Positions 28,351 to 38,483 are shown, counted from the first letter of the stretch. The stretch is DNA of 64,000 bases from an uncultured archaeon (GCA_938045545.1 CALIBN010000012.1:78368-142367), one strand, 5' to 3'. Made by a program: numbers and translations. Notes: generated by a model not told the origin, from the sequence alone.

Positions 28351-29895
28351 CTACAACCCTATTTTAATAGGTGTTTTCCCTGCTGGTTTAAACTTGCCCT
28401 TTAAAACCTTCAAAGCAGCCTTGACGGCGGTTAAACTCGGGGTGAAAGCAGCAACACAGATCTTAGCACTGCTCAACTGGGGCAGATCCTCAGGGGCTCC
28501 GAGCGAGATGACTATGCTCTCCCTAAAGAACTCCACAAGCTTTTTAAGCATGGATAGCTCCCGCCTGTTTTCCTGGGTGTTGTAAGCCAGTGCTAAGAGA
28601 AGCGTGTTGCTAGGGGTGCTTCTGTAAATCTCACCCAGCTTCTTGCCAGAAATCTCTTCGAAGCGCTCTAAAAGGTTGAACCCTCCAAGCTCTTCCCTCA
28701 AGACTTCTTCAAGGGCGATCCTGCCTGGCTCCCCCAGCTGGTCTTCAAACTTACCTGTGACGACGACTAGAGGTTTACCCAGCCATCTTAAGGGGAGTTC
28801 CTCAACACCCTTCACCAGCGTTATGCTCCGAATAAATATCTTCCAAGCCTTAGTCCGGTTTATAATGCTGCCACGTGTTTTCTCAGGAGTCTTTTTAAAC
28901 TTTTCAAACTTTCTAAGTTTAAAACTGAGCACTTCTAAAGCACTGCTTCTTATCCTTTCATATAAACTCCTGTCCCCTTTAGCTTTCTCAAGAATACTGT
29001 TCAAAACCTCCTGTGTTTTTTCCATTCTTCTCGAAGGCACCACTATATGGTTGCCCGCCTTCAAGGCTTTCACCACAGCTTCTTCCAGGTCAAAGTTTTC
29101 CGATACCTGCTTATCATCCAAATAATCCGTCACGAGAAGATTTTTAAAACCCATTTCCCGCTTAACTATTCTCTCAACAACCTTTGGCGATAACGAGGAG
29201 GGTGTGTCCACGTCCCCCGCAGCCGGAAGAGGGCTGTGCCCAATCACAACCCCCTCGACGCCCGATTTAAATGCCTGTTGAAAAGGCTTGAAGTCTCTTC
29301 TGAGAAGCCCGTTAAGGTCTTCAGCCTCGCCACCATGCTTCTCAAGCCTACCAGGGAAATATTTGACGAAAGATAAGACACCACCGTTTCTAAGACCCCT
29401 TATGTAGCTGACAACGTAGCCGGATACTTCATCAGGCTCATCCCCAAAGCAGTTTTCACCCATTCCGGGGGAATAAAGGTTCGCCACCGGCGCCAAGTTA
29501 GTGTTAATGCTGAGCGTCCTTAATTCTAAGGCGGTCACGTAACCGGTCATGTAGGCTGACTTCACCTCTCCGGTTGCACTCACGCCCATTTGGCTGGGCA
29601 ACTCGGTTAAAGGCGGGTGAAGACCCTCAAGCCCCTTGCCCTCGTGCTCAGCAGCAATTATGAGGGAGAAGCCTAGGGCTCTCCTGTATGAGGCAGCCAG
29701 CTCCTTCAACAAGTAGCCTGGATTCTTAAGCCCGGAAAGGGCTTTCCTTCCGATTATCACGCCGCTTAAAGCGTTATCCAAAACAATTTTTTCAAGCTCG
29801 CTGAAGTTTTTCACCTCGTTAACATAGCCCATCACTGTTTGGCCGGCGATTTTTTCGAAAGGCGTTCTCTGAACGATCCGCTCCAGCGTGACCAT
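28351..29895 (-). CDS. Divergent GH3 (beta-N-acetylhexosaminidase-like) protein
   Basis: NLAPV, KYFPG, SSLS, VTDYL, ALKAG and C-terminal PAGKTPI; catalytic motifs degenerate. Confidence 0.75.
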   Translation of the reverse strand: MVTLERIVQRTPFEKIAGQTVMGYVNEVKNFSELEKIVLDNALSGVIIGRKALSGLKNPGYLLKELAASYRRALGFSLIIAAEHEGKGLEGLHPPLTELPSQMGVSATGEVKSAYMTGYVTALELRTLSINTNLAPVANLYSPGMGENCFGDEPDEVSGYVVSYIRGLRNGGVLSFVKYFPGRLEKHGGEAEDLNGLLRRDFKPFQQAFKSGVEGVVIGHSPLPAAGDVDTPSSLSPKVVERIVKREMGFKNLLVTDYLDDKQVSENFDLEEAVVKALKAGNHIVVPSRRMEKTQEVLNSILEKAKGDRSLYERIRSSALEVLSFKLRKFEKFKKTPEKTRGSIINRTKAWKIFIRSITLVKGVEELPLRWLGKPLVVVTGKFEDQLGEPGRIALEEVLREELGGFNLLERFEEISGKKLGEIYRSTPSNTLLLALAYNTQENRRELSMLKKLVEFFRESIVISLGAPEDLPQLSSAKICVAAFTPSLTAVKAALKVLKGKFKPAGKTPIKIGL

Positions 29896-30019
29896 TACCT
29901 ACTCGTTCACCATCCTTCCACCGCCTGACGTTTTTATCAGATGGCTCACCGTGTCACTCTGCTTTGAAATCCCTATAAGGATTTCCATATCGTTTAAAAA
30001 CGGTTTTCCCAGGGCGTGT

Positions 30020-30349
30020 TCAACATTTTTCCATGAACTCTCTCAGCCGGATGCCTCCTTGCCTACTAATCTTTTCACCGGGTGTGAAAACCCTTATGTC
30101 GCCGTATCCGAAGTCCACTACGACGTAGAGTGGAAACCCCTCGATTTCACGGGGAATCGACCCATGCACGTATAACAAGCGTTTACTAGTGGACTTAACC
30201 TGCATCAGGATACACTTGCCCCTCCTGAGGCAAACCAGGTCTGCCGGCCCAAGGCTTCCTCCCGACCTAACGGTCGTCCAGCCGTACTTGCGGAGAAACA
30301 TTCTGATCTTACGCTCAGCAAGATAGCCTTTCCTCCTAGGAGGAGCCAT
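30020..30349 (-). CDS. hjc: Archaeal Holliday junction resolvase-like nuclease
   Basis: KG..AER, VRSGGSLGPADLV, QVKST. Confidence 0.75.
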   Translation of the reverse strand: MAPPRRKGYLAERKIRMFLRKYGWTTVRSGGSLGPADLVCLRRGKCILMQVKSTSKRLLYVHGSIPREIEGFPLYVVVDFGYGDIRVFTPGEKISRQGGIRLREFMEKC

Positions 30350-30359
30350 GGGGCGCGAC

Positions 30360-31547
30360 CTAAACCCTTCTAATCAATTTAACGATTTCCATCCCGTCGA
30401 CGAGCCCAAACGACCCTCTAAGCCCAGAATCCTCGTCGAAAGGAAGCCCGTCTCCGTTCAACCCTGGTTTCATCACGGCGAAAGGAGTCGGGTCTAACGT
30501 ATGGTTTCTAACAGAAACGGGTGTCGGATGGTCTATCAGGATGCTTATCGAAACGTTTTCCTCAACGCTGGCAAGTACGCTGTCAAGTATTTTCTTGAAA
30601 AGCCTCTTATCCATCTCTTCAATAACCTTCACCTTGGTTTCGAAAGAGCCCTCGTGACCCGCCTCGTCGGGAGACTCGACATGCAGATATACGAAGTCTG
30701 ATTCCTCGAGAGCTTTAACCGCGTAAACCGCCTTGTTCTCGTAGCTAGTATCGTAGTAGCCGGTTGCGCCAGGTACGTCAGGCACATGCATCTGGGCGAG
30801 CCTACCAATTCCCTTTATCAGGTCCACTGCAGCTATAACCGCACCTCTTAAGCCGTGTTTCAAGACGAAAGGCTCCAGATTTGGCATTCTGCCCTGCCCC
30901 CATATCCAGGCCATGTTCGCAGGCTTCTCCCCCTTATTTTGCCTACGGATGTTCACCTGGGTTTCAGACAGAACACTGATCGACTCAACCATCATCCTGT
31001 TGAGCAGCCTAGAGTCCTCGTTATCTGGCTTCAACAAGTGCTTACCGTATTCCTCGCCGACAATATCGTGCGGCGGAGTAGCCTTCAACCCCTGCCCCCG
31101 CTTGGAGACGAAAATATTCCTGTAGCTGACACCCGTATAAAACCTTCCGATACTGCTGAACCTCTTGTTCAACTCCGATATCAAAACTTCAGCCTCGCTC
31201 GTAGTAATATGGCCCCCCGAGTAATCTGCAACCCTGTTTTCTTCAACAGTTATGAGATTACACCTGAAAACAACCTCGTCATCCCCGGCCCTTATGCCTC
31301 TGGCCGCAGCCTCCAACGGGCCTCTCCCAGTGTAGCAAGAGCTAGGATCATACCCAAGCATGATGAGGTTTGCAACATCGCTTCCACGAGGCAGGCCCGG
31401 CCGGAGTGTTCGGAGCATACCCATTCTCCCTCTCCTAGCTATTTCATCCATGTTTGGCTTCTCCGCCACTTGAAGAGGGGTTTTACCGTTCACCTCCTCA
31501 ACTGGGTAGTCCGCCATTCCGTCGCCAACTATTACCAGGTACTTCAA
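30360..31547 (-). CDS. apgM: Cofactor-independent phosphoglycerate mutase family, paralog 1
   Basis: GDGMAD, GSDVAN, GRGPLEA, DEAGH, DHPTP. Confidence 0.88.
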   Translation of the reverse strand: MKYLVIVGDGMADYPVEEVNGKTPLQVAEKPNMDEIARRGRMGMLRTLRPGLPRGSDVANLIMLGYDPSSCYTGRGPLEAAARGIRAGDDEVVFRCNLITVEENRVADYSGGHITTSEAEVLISELNKRFSSIGRFYTGVSYRNIFVSKRGQGLKATPPHDIVGEEYGKHLLKPDNEDSRLLNRMMVESISVLSETQVNIRRQNKGEKPANMAWIWGQGRMPNLEPFVLKHGLRGAVIAAVDLIKGIGRLAQMHVPDVPGATGYYDTSYENKAVYAVKALEESDFVYLHVESPDEAGHEGSFETKVKVIEEMDKRLFKKILDSVLASVEENVSISILIDHPTPVSVRNHTLDPTPFAVMKPGLNGDGLPFDEDSGLRGSFGLVDGMEIVKLIRRV

Positions 31548-31632
31548 GCCTCCTCTCCAACTATTAGAAAAGTTTTAAGATTTTCGAGCATGTTGAATAA
31601 ACTTATTAGGCTTACGCATTTGAAAAACCAGG

Positions 31633-31950
31633 TTGAAGAGGAAGACGGAACAGTTGGATAAAATACTCGAGATGCTCGCTAGGAAAAGGCTTGAAGAGGC
31701 TGAGAAGCAGCTGGATGCTTTTAAGCCCAGCGGAGGATACGAGGCTGGCTACCTTAGAGGCTTAAGAGGCATTCTTCAAACGCTTAGGAGGCCTGTTGAA
31801 GGAAGCATTATGGGAGAGCCTGCAGAGGAATTGGAGAAGCATGTGAAAAGCCTCATGGAAACGGTTGAAACACATTACTTAAGTCAGGAGGAGGAGGGGT
31901 TTTTCGCAGCCTGGGTTGACTTTCTTGGGAAACTATCCGGAGGGGAATAG
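31633..31950 (+). CDS. Hypothetical helical protein
   Basis: GYLRGLRG..EEGFFAAWVDF; TATA-like cttatta upstream. Confidence 0.65.
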   Translation: MKRKTEQLDKILEMLARKRLEEAEKQLDAFKPSGGYEAGYLRGLRGILQTLRRPVEGSIMGEPAEELEKHVKSLMETVETHYLSQEEEGFFAAWVDFLGKLSGGE

Positions 31951-32223
31951 AATGTTATACACTAGGAACCATGTGAAGAGCCAGGCTAGGAAGAAGCTTC
32001 CCACGCCTTCTTTCCAAGTTGCGCTCTCATCCTTAAGCCTACCCCTATATATTCTTTTGAAAAAATAGTAGGTTAAAAAGTATGCCAGAACCATGTTTAG
32101 GAAGGCGCTTATTATCGTGGAAGGGGGACGCCAGAAGAAGGCGTGTAAAACACCCAGAATGGCTCCTAGAGCAACCCTCGTCCAGTAAATGAGGCTTTCA
32201 GGTTTAAATCTGTACTCGCCCAT
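31933..32223 (-). CDS. EMC6/Rab5ip-like small membrane protein
   Basis: Three TM helices; C-terminal EGVGSFFLAWLFTWFLVYN resembles the EMC6 family. Confidence 0.6.
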   Translation of the reverse strand: MGEYRFKPESLIYWTRVALGAILGVLHAFFWRPPSTIISAFLNMVLAYFLTYYFFKRIYRGRLKDESATWKEGVGSFFLAWLFTWFLVYNILFPSG

Positions 32224-32243
32224 TCATCTTGAGCTTGAAAGCA

Positions 32244-32260
32244 CCGAAAATAAGTCTTTC
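32244..32260 (+). repeat. attL core CCGAAAATAAGTCTTTC
   Basis: Identical to 43090-43106. Confidence 0.93.
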
Positions 32261-32478
32261 TAAGAAGAATGGAGAAATCTCCCCGGCAACCCTCTTTTTT
32301 TCTCAACACCTCAGTCTAATTTCAAAAGAAGACCTCTAAGTCTTAGGTCTCTGAACACACTAATCAAGCACTCTTACAACAATGTTCGGGAAGGTAGGAA
32401 GGGCGACAGGAAAGGCTTCGAAAAATTGGCACATGTTGAAGTTTAAAGTGTTTTAACGATCTTCATGCCTAACAATTT

Positions 32479-34161
32479 CTATGTCTTCCTAAAGAACTTC
32501 CAAGGTTTCCATTTTCGGGGAGGTCCTTCCCATTCAACCATTTTCTTCCTCTTATTTGGCTTCTGCGACCTTTCTTTCCATTCGATATCTTTCTTCTCCT
32601 CATTCAGCTTTTGCGATTTCTTTAAGCACTCATATACGAGTGCCTGCTCAGTTGGTGCATACACATCGCAGCTTTGACAGTAAAATGGAATTTGATCCTC
32701 CTTCGTAGCTGGAACAGGTTTTTCCTTCACTTTACCTTCTCTTCTACTTCCTATTTCAAAGGTTTCGAATTCTCCTACTTTGACTTCTCCGCGTGCCAAG
32801 GGGACTTCTCCATAACCCTCAAGGTCTTTCTTTATCTCACTGGACCCTACGGGACTTTTTCCAATTTCAACTCGCTCCGCAACATTTTCATGCCTAGAGG
32901 CCTCTGTGAAATCGATAAGAACAGCATAAGGTTCGCTCCGTAGTTTGAGGCTGTCCTCAGCTGCTTTCTCATCCGGTTTCCTAAGCACCCTTCCACGGAT
33001 CTGGATGTAGCTCAGGGGGGACCTAACTGGTCTGGCAATTATCAATACCTCTAGGTTCTTATCGTCAAAACCCATTTTAGCCATGTCCACAGTAACGAGA
33101 ATTCCCTCTTTCTTTTTTCTAAATTCTGAAAGAACCTCCTCCGCTTCGTCAATATTATAGTGTGCTACAGAGACTAGGTTATTCCTGTGACAAAGATCTC
33201 TAATCTTGCTATCCAATTCCTTCTTTATCAAATCAGCCTCTCCCGTATTGGCTGCAACGACTAGGGTTTTAGGGATCCTCCTCTTAAGCGATTCTTCCCC
33301 AACCTCTTTCTTAAGGACTTCGATTATTTTCTCCGCATATTTCTCTGCCCTTTCATATATTGCGACCTGCCATTCATCTAATCTCCAAACCGGTTCTGAA
33401 AAACGATCTTTCTCTTCCAAGCGAATGCTATCTTTAACGACTTTTGTTATCGTCCGATATATCTTCAAACGCTCCATAAGGATGCCCATATCCATGGCCT
33501 TTCTAGTTGAGCAAGAATAGACGGGCTCTCCGAGGGCCTCCTTTGCCTCTTTAGTTGGCGTCGCGGACAATCCTAAGATGAATCTAATGTTCGCGATTTC
33601 TTGAAGAGTCTCGATTACTTTTCTGATTTCAGGACCCCAGTATGTGTGATGGACTTCGTCAAGAATTGCTGCGTATACTTCAGTGATCATGTCCTTAAAT
33701 TCAGAACCCTTCTCTGAGAATTGCCGGTTGAGTAGTTGTGGGGTAGTTGGAATCACCACGCTTATTATTCCTTCGTCTTTCAAAAGATATTGCAGATGTT
33801 TACCCTTAGTCTCCCACAACTCATTTGAGATAGGAGTATAAATCTGCATCTGTAAATCTTTTAGCTTTTTTAATAAAAGATCTCCCTCCTCTTTTGCTTG
33901 ATCTAGAAGTATTTCTAGTGGAGCCAGCCAGAGCACTTTATCACCTTTCCTCAAATCCTCTCTAAGGAAAAGGTAGAGGAGAAAAGTGAATGCGAGCCTA
34001 GTCTTTCCCGTGCCGGTGGGCATGGCGATAATTCCAGATAGTTTATCGTGTTCCTTCTTAAGCAATTCATCCAACCGCTTGAGAGCCTCTTTCTGAATGT
34101 CGTTTAATTCATGGCCAGTTATCTCCTTCACCAGCTCGTTAAGCTGCTCTGGAGACACCAC
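32479..34161 (-). CDS. SF2 DExH helicase, ResIII/HsdR motor-like, no evident nuclease domain
   Basis: MPTGTGKT, LDEVHH, SATP, GFDDK, YIQIRGRVLR; start re-called at GTG near 34161 below gaaaac-ttattt promoter. Confidence 0.85.
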   Translation of the reverse strand: MVSPEQLNELVKEITGHELNDIQKEALKRLDELLKKEHDKLSGIIAMPTGTGKTRLAFTFLLYLFLREDLRKGDKVLWLAPLEILLDQAKEEGDLLLKKLKDLQMQIYTPISNELWETKGKHLQYLLKDEGIISVVIPTTPQLLNRQFSEKGSEFKDMITEVYAAILDEVHHTYWGPEIRKVIETLQEIANIRFILGLSATPTKEAKEALGEPVYSCSTRKAMDMGILMERLKIYRTITKVVKDSIRLEEKDRFSEPVWRLDEWQVAIYERAEKYAEKIIEVLKKEVGEESLKRRIPKTLVVAANTGEADLIKKELDSKIRDLCHRNNLVSVAHYNIDEAEEVLSEFRKKKEGILVTVDMAKMGFDDKNLEVLIIARPVRSPLSYIQIRGRVLRKPDEKAAEDSLKLRSEPYAVLIDFTEASRHENVAERVEIGKSPVGSSEIKKDLEGYGEVPLARGEVKVGEFETFEIGSRREGKVKEKPVPATKEDQIPFYCQSCDVYAPTEQALVYECLKKSQKLNEEKKDIEWKERSQKPNKRKKMVEWEGPPRKWKPWKFFRKT

Positions 34162-34300
34162 ATTAGCCAAGACTCTGTCATACTGACTGGTGTTTCTCCA
34201 AAATAAGTTTTCCTTAAGGCCAGAGAAACGAGGGAAATAAACCCTTAGAGCATGATTTCCAAGATTTATAAGTAGTTGGAATATAGGAAGAGACAGCACT

Positions 34301-37300
34301 ATGCTTAGGGGAGTAATAAGAGAGGCTAAGGTTGAAGAGGAGCTTTTCAGGATATTTAAAAACGTTCTAGAGAAGAAAAATCGTGAAATAGAGGGTGTAT
34401 TTTTTCATGATTTGGAACCCCAATATCCGGTTGACTCAGGAGAGGCGGATCTGGTTCTTTTCACGGATAGGCCGAGGAAACCAATTCTTGTCATAGAGTG
34501 TAAGAGGAAGGATTTGAAGACCAGGAGGGAAATAAGAAGCATAGACCCAATGAGTCCAAAGGTCATCGATCAAGCTCTATTCTATGCCACGAAAATAGGT
34601 GCACCACTGTTTTCAACGACTAATGGAAGGGTTTTCACACTGTTCATTAAGCCTAAACCCGATGAGCCGTTCAGCATTGAAAGACATAGGCTTCTAATAA
34701 AAGAGATAGAGTTGAGGGAGGAAAGCATAGAAGAAATCCTAGGTCTTGTAGCGAAATGGAAAGCAGGAGTCCCGGTCACTAGGACTGCAATAGACTGGAC
34801 GTTCATAATTAGGCTGAGGAGCTTTGTAGAATGGCTTTCCGAACAGCTCCTTCCAGCCATAGAAAAAAAGGCTAAGCAGAAGGGCGAATTCGCGGCTAAA
34901 CTGAAGGAGCATGAGGATAAATTGGGAAAAATAAGCTCTGAAATATTTGCAAGAGAAGCCGCCTACTTACTGATGAACAAGATAGTTTTCTATAAGATTC
35001 TTGAAAGACATTATCCGCTGGAGGAGCTTAAGGGCATAGTTGCGTCAAATTCGGAAAGCTATATGAATGCACTTAAAGAATACTTCAATAAGGCTATAGA
35101 AGTAACTGATGACTTTGAACCGATATTCTCAACAGGCGTTTACGATTATGTTCCAATGCCGGATGAGGAATGGGTTCTTGAGGAGATAAACGCGTTCATC
35201 GAAGATATGGGAAAATACAGGCTTGAAGAAATCGGAAGCGATGTTGTCGGCTTCATCTATGAGAATCTAATTCCTCCGGCGGAAAGACATAGCTTAGGAC
35301 AATTCTACACTCCTCCTCCAATAGCGGAGCTCATAGTTAAATGGGCAGTAAGAAGCCCTGAGGACAAGATTTTAGATCCAGCTGTTGGAAGCGGAACTTT
35401 CCTGATTAAAGCCTATCAAAGGTTGAAGGAGCTTAAGAAAGAACCTTCTCACGAAGAAATTTTAAAGCAGATTTACGCCCTGGACATTAATCCTTTCCCA
35501 GCCCACTTGACTGCGATGAATCTTGCGATGAGAGATGTGAAACATCCCGTGAGTGAGATGAATATTTTGGTTCGAGACTTCTTTCAACTGATGTATGGTC
35601 AGAAGTACTTTGTTGCTTATTCGGTGAAAACTCCAAGAGGAGAAAGAGAGAGAAAAATATCAATACCTTTATTTGATGCTATAGTGGCGAATCCCCCCTA
35701 TACTAGATGGACCGAAATCCCTGAGAAAACAAGAATGCTCATTGGAGAAACAATAGGAGAAACTCTAAAGAAATATAACTTGACAGCTAGGGTGAGACAG
35801 GGAATAGAACCTGGAATCTATATGCACTTCATAATGTGGGGATTAAACTTTCTGAGAGAGGGAGGTAGACTTGGAATGATAATCTCTGATAGCTGGCTCC
35901 AAACAGATTACGGGGTTGACTTCGGAAAATTCTTACTGGATAATTTTAAGGTTAAGGCTTTGATTGACATTTCTTCAAGGGTCTTTCCCGTCCCGCTGAT
36001 AGGCACATGTATAATACTTCTAGAAAAATGCAGCAGAAAAGAGGAAAGGGAGGAAAACAAAGCTGTTTTCATGTATCTGAACATAGAGAAAGAAGGAAGC
36101 CTCCAGGTTGAGGAAATTCTAGACGCTATTGAAAGACCTGAGCATTATGAAGAAAAATACATGGTGAAAGTTGTTAAGCAGAGCGAAATAAGCAGAGACC
36201 AAAAATGGATAAACATAATATTCGACACCGAAGGCATCCTAGAAAAGCTTGGAGAAAAAACTACTTCCATGAAAGAATACTTTGAACTAAGTAGAGGAAA
36301 CAGCCTATGGTCAATATGGTCCATGAAACATGGAAGGAGACCTGATGTTGGTGCAAAAGACTTCTTTTATCTTAACGAGGGCAAAGTTAAACAATGGGGT
36401 TTAGAGGATTATGCCTATCCCGCTTTAACGAGCTCAAGGTATGCGGCAAACTTCACATTCACTAAAAAAGATTGGGAAGAGCTTAGAGAAAGAGGGGCAG
36501 ATTGCTACTTATTCATTTGTCATAAGAAGAGGAATGAGTTACCAAGTAATGCTAGGGATTACATAAAGTGGGGAGAAACAGAGTGCAGAACTCAAATTAG
36601 AGGAACTAGGGGAGGAGGAAAGATCTGCAGTGAAGCACTTGCCTGTCAAGAAAGGGAAAAACTAGCAAGACGGCCTAAAGGTGAAAGGCTCTTCTACGGA
36701 TGGTATGACCTTGGAGGGGTAGAAAAAGCATCAATAATGGCAGTACGTCAATCAAGATATAAAACAAGGTTCATTTTATGTCAATACCCAATTGTTACTT
36801 ATGATGCGATAATAACCTTTATTCCAAAGGTAAGGCTTTCAGAATCACAACTTAAAGCTTTGTTAGCCTACTTGAACTCAAGCGTTGTTCAACTGTATAT
36901 AGAGTCTACGGGAAGGACAACAGGTGCAGTAGGTCCCATAGGATTAGAAGTGAAACATGCCCAAGAGATTCCGGTCATAGATGTTAATTCTTTAGATAAA
37001 AAGGACCTTGAAAGGCTTTCAAACCTGTTTGAGAAGCTAGAAAAAAAGGCTAGAGAGCTCGGAGGGGCAGACAAGCAGGAGAATGTAGAAAACCTCTGGG
37101 ATAGCGTAGTAGCAGAAATAGATGAAGAAGTCGCGAGGATACTGCAGTTTCCGAAGAGATTAGCAAGGGATTCGAGAGTTTTAGCCAAGGCGATGATGGG
37201 GAGGAGGCTCTCGAGGACAGTAGAAGTCGCACCGGAGGCAATAGGCGGTGAAGAGATAAAGAGAATGAGGATTCCTAGGAAAAGCGGGAAAACTGCGGAA

Positions 37301-37336
37301 AATAAAGAACTTTCGTCTCTCAAAGAATGGTTTTAG
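34301..37336 (+). CDS. Type IIG-like restriction-modification fusion: HsdR_N nuclease, N6-adenine MTase and TRD
   Basis: EADLVL..VIECK..QALFYA; GQFYTP, LDPAVGSGTFL, NPPY; AYLNS in TRD. Confidence 0.9.
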   Translation: MLRGVIREAKVEEELFRIFKNVLEKKNREIEGVFFHDLEPQYPVDSGEADLVLFTDRPRKPILVIECKRKDLKTRREIRSIDPMSPKVIDQALFYATKIGAPLFSTTNGRVFTLFIKPKPDEPFSIERHRLLIKEIELREESIEEILGLVAKWKAGVPVTRTAIDWTFIIRLRSFVEWLSEQLLPAIEKKAKQKGEFAAKLKEHEDKLGKISSEIFAREAAYLLMNKIVFYKILERHYPLEELKGIVASNSESYMNALKEYFNKAIEVTDDFEPIFSTGVYDYVPMPDEEWVLEEINAFIEDMGKYRLEEIGSDVVGFIYENLIPPAERHSLGQFYTPPPIAELIVKWAVRSPEDKILDPAVGSGTFLIKAYQRLKELKKEPSHEEILKQIYALDINPFPAHLTAMNLAMRDVKHPVSEMNILVRDFFQLMYGQKYFVAYSVKTPRGERERKISIPLFDAIVANPPYTRWTEIPEKTRMLIGETIGETLKKYNLTARVRQGIEPGIYMHFIMWGLNFLREGGRLGMIISDSWLQTDYGVDFGKFLLDNFKVKALIDISSRVFPVPLIGTCIILLEKCSRKEEREENKAVFMYLNIEKEGSLQVEEILDAIERPEHYEEKYMVKVVKQSEISRDQKWINIIFDTEGILEKLGEKTTSMKEYFELSRGNSLWSIWSMKHGRRPDVGAKDFFYLNEGKVKQWGLEDYAYPALTSSRYAANFTFTKKDWEELRERGADCYLFICHKKRNELPSNARDYIKWGETECRTQIRGTRGGGKICSEALACQEREKLARRPKGERLFYGWYDLGGVEKASIMAVRQSRYKTRFILCQYPIVTYDAIITFIPKVRLSESQLKALLAYLNSSVVQLYIESTGRTTGAVGPIGLEVKHAQEIPVIDVNSLDKKDLERLSNLFEKLEKKARELGGADKQENVENLWDSVVAEIDEEVARILQFPKRLARDSRVLAKAMMGRRLSRTVEVAPEAIGGEEIKRMRIPRKSGKTAENKELSSLKEWF

Positions 37337-37348
37337 CACATGCTAAAA
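37331..37348. terminator. 8 bp inverted repeat over the RM gene stop
   Basis: ttttagca-ca-tgctaaaa. Confidence 0.4.
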
Positions 37349-37682
37349 AGCAGGAGTTAATTATAATGGCCTGAACCATCCCCTGCTAATGATGCATATA
37401 TACCGTTGGCATTCCATGATTGACCCATAAAGTCCAGTCTGACTGCTGATGTCCTTAGAGTAATCAAATGAAAGAAGGAAAGGAGGAACCGGAGAGACCT
37501 AGAGGGGGAAATGGTCCTGACCCAAAAAGCTTTAGCCGGGATGTGCTTGGCCTTAGGGGATTCTAGATGGCCCATGAGAATAGGCATGCATAGTAAGCCT
37601 GTATGAGGGGCCTTCCATGGCTAACTATTGGCTTTGTGGGAAGCCCACCGTTATAGCATGCTCATTCCTTCTTCACGTTCTC

Positions 37683-37740
37683 GAAACGTCGAAAACGATG
37701 GAGAACGAGACTAAAACGTTGCAGAACGATGAAAACGTTA
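37683..37740 (+). repeat. Six RAACG units with about 10 bp periodicity
   Basis: AACG at 37685, 37694, 37704, 37715, 37725, 37734. Confidence 0.75.
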
Positions 37741-37775
37741 AAAATACTTAGCGTCTCTCTGTTGGAGAAGTGTCG

Positions 37776-38483
37776 ATGAAACACCAAATAGTCCAATTCG
37801 TCCAGGAGTTCCATAAGCAAAATGGCAGGGCTCCGAGCGTCAATGAGATTCTTAAACACTTTAAGAATAATGGGTTATGCTCCTCCACCTTTTACCAATT
37901 TTTCCCAAAAGGCTTAAAAGAACTTTGTAGCCTCGCCGGTATTCCAGTTCCGGTTGAACGCATTCGAAAAACAGCGAAAGCCACAGCAGCCCTCAGAGAG
38001 GGTAGAAAGGGGGATGTGCATCGAGAAACAGCCTTGAGCCGCCTAATTCTGACGGAGGAGCAGACAAAGAGGCTCCTCGGCCTAAGCCACTTGGAGGGAG
38101 GAAGGGACCCGCTTCTGATAATGGACCAGTTGCTGGATTTGGACACTGTGTTGAGGAAAGAGTTTAAACTTACACTTGAGGATATCGCTCGCGTAGCTGT
38201 TTTCCTAAAGTACGCTGTGTCCATCGGCTGGAGGATCAAGCAGGATCCAGACCTGCTCGATTGCCTGACGAGAGCCTGGAATCTAGGGCTGCTTGGGCTC
38301 GAGCCCAGGGCCGTGCAGTACCTCGTCGAAGTCCTAGAGGATGCTCAGGCAAGGGGATGGAAGCCGAATGAGTTCGCTAATTATGTTACCAAGTTCTATA
38401 ATGGAATTCTGGCTTACATCATGTACGAGAAGGGTTTAATATGCTTCGAAGAATTCAGGAGGAGGGTCGAAACTCATGTCTAA
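37776..38483 (+). CDS. Element protein with N-terminal HTH-like domain
   Basis: FHKQNGRAPSVNEI..SSTFYQFFPKGLKELCSLAGI. Confidence 0.7.
   Translation: MKHQIVQFVQEFHKQNGRAPSVNEILKHFKNNGLCSSTFYQFFPKGLKELCSLAGIPVPVERIRKTAKATAALREGRKGDVHRETALSRLILTEEQTKRLLGLSHLEGGRDPLLIMDQLLDLDTVLRKEFKLTLEDIARVAVFLKYAVSIGWRIKQDPDLLDCLTRAWNLGLLGLEPRAVQYLVEVLEDAQARGWKPNEFANYVTKFYNGILAYIMYEKGLICFEEFRRRVETHV

Noticed and set aside
30855-31661. 268 aa plus-strand ORF and the many other antisense ORFs in the track
   Set aside because: Shadow frames of well-supported genes with no motifs or promoters
32200-32300. tRNA gene as the integration target
   Set aside because: No cloverleaf or TTCGA T-loop at either att; the core is rqcH coding sequence
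34162-34299. N-terminal 46 aa of the helicase ORF in the track
   Set aside because: Covers the divergent promoter region and abuts the RM start; a downstream GTG is more plausible
37683-37740. Repeat array as a mini-CRISPR
   Set aside because: Units are about 5 bp with no spacers and no cas genes
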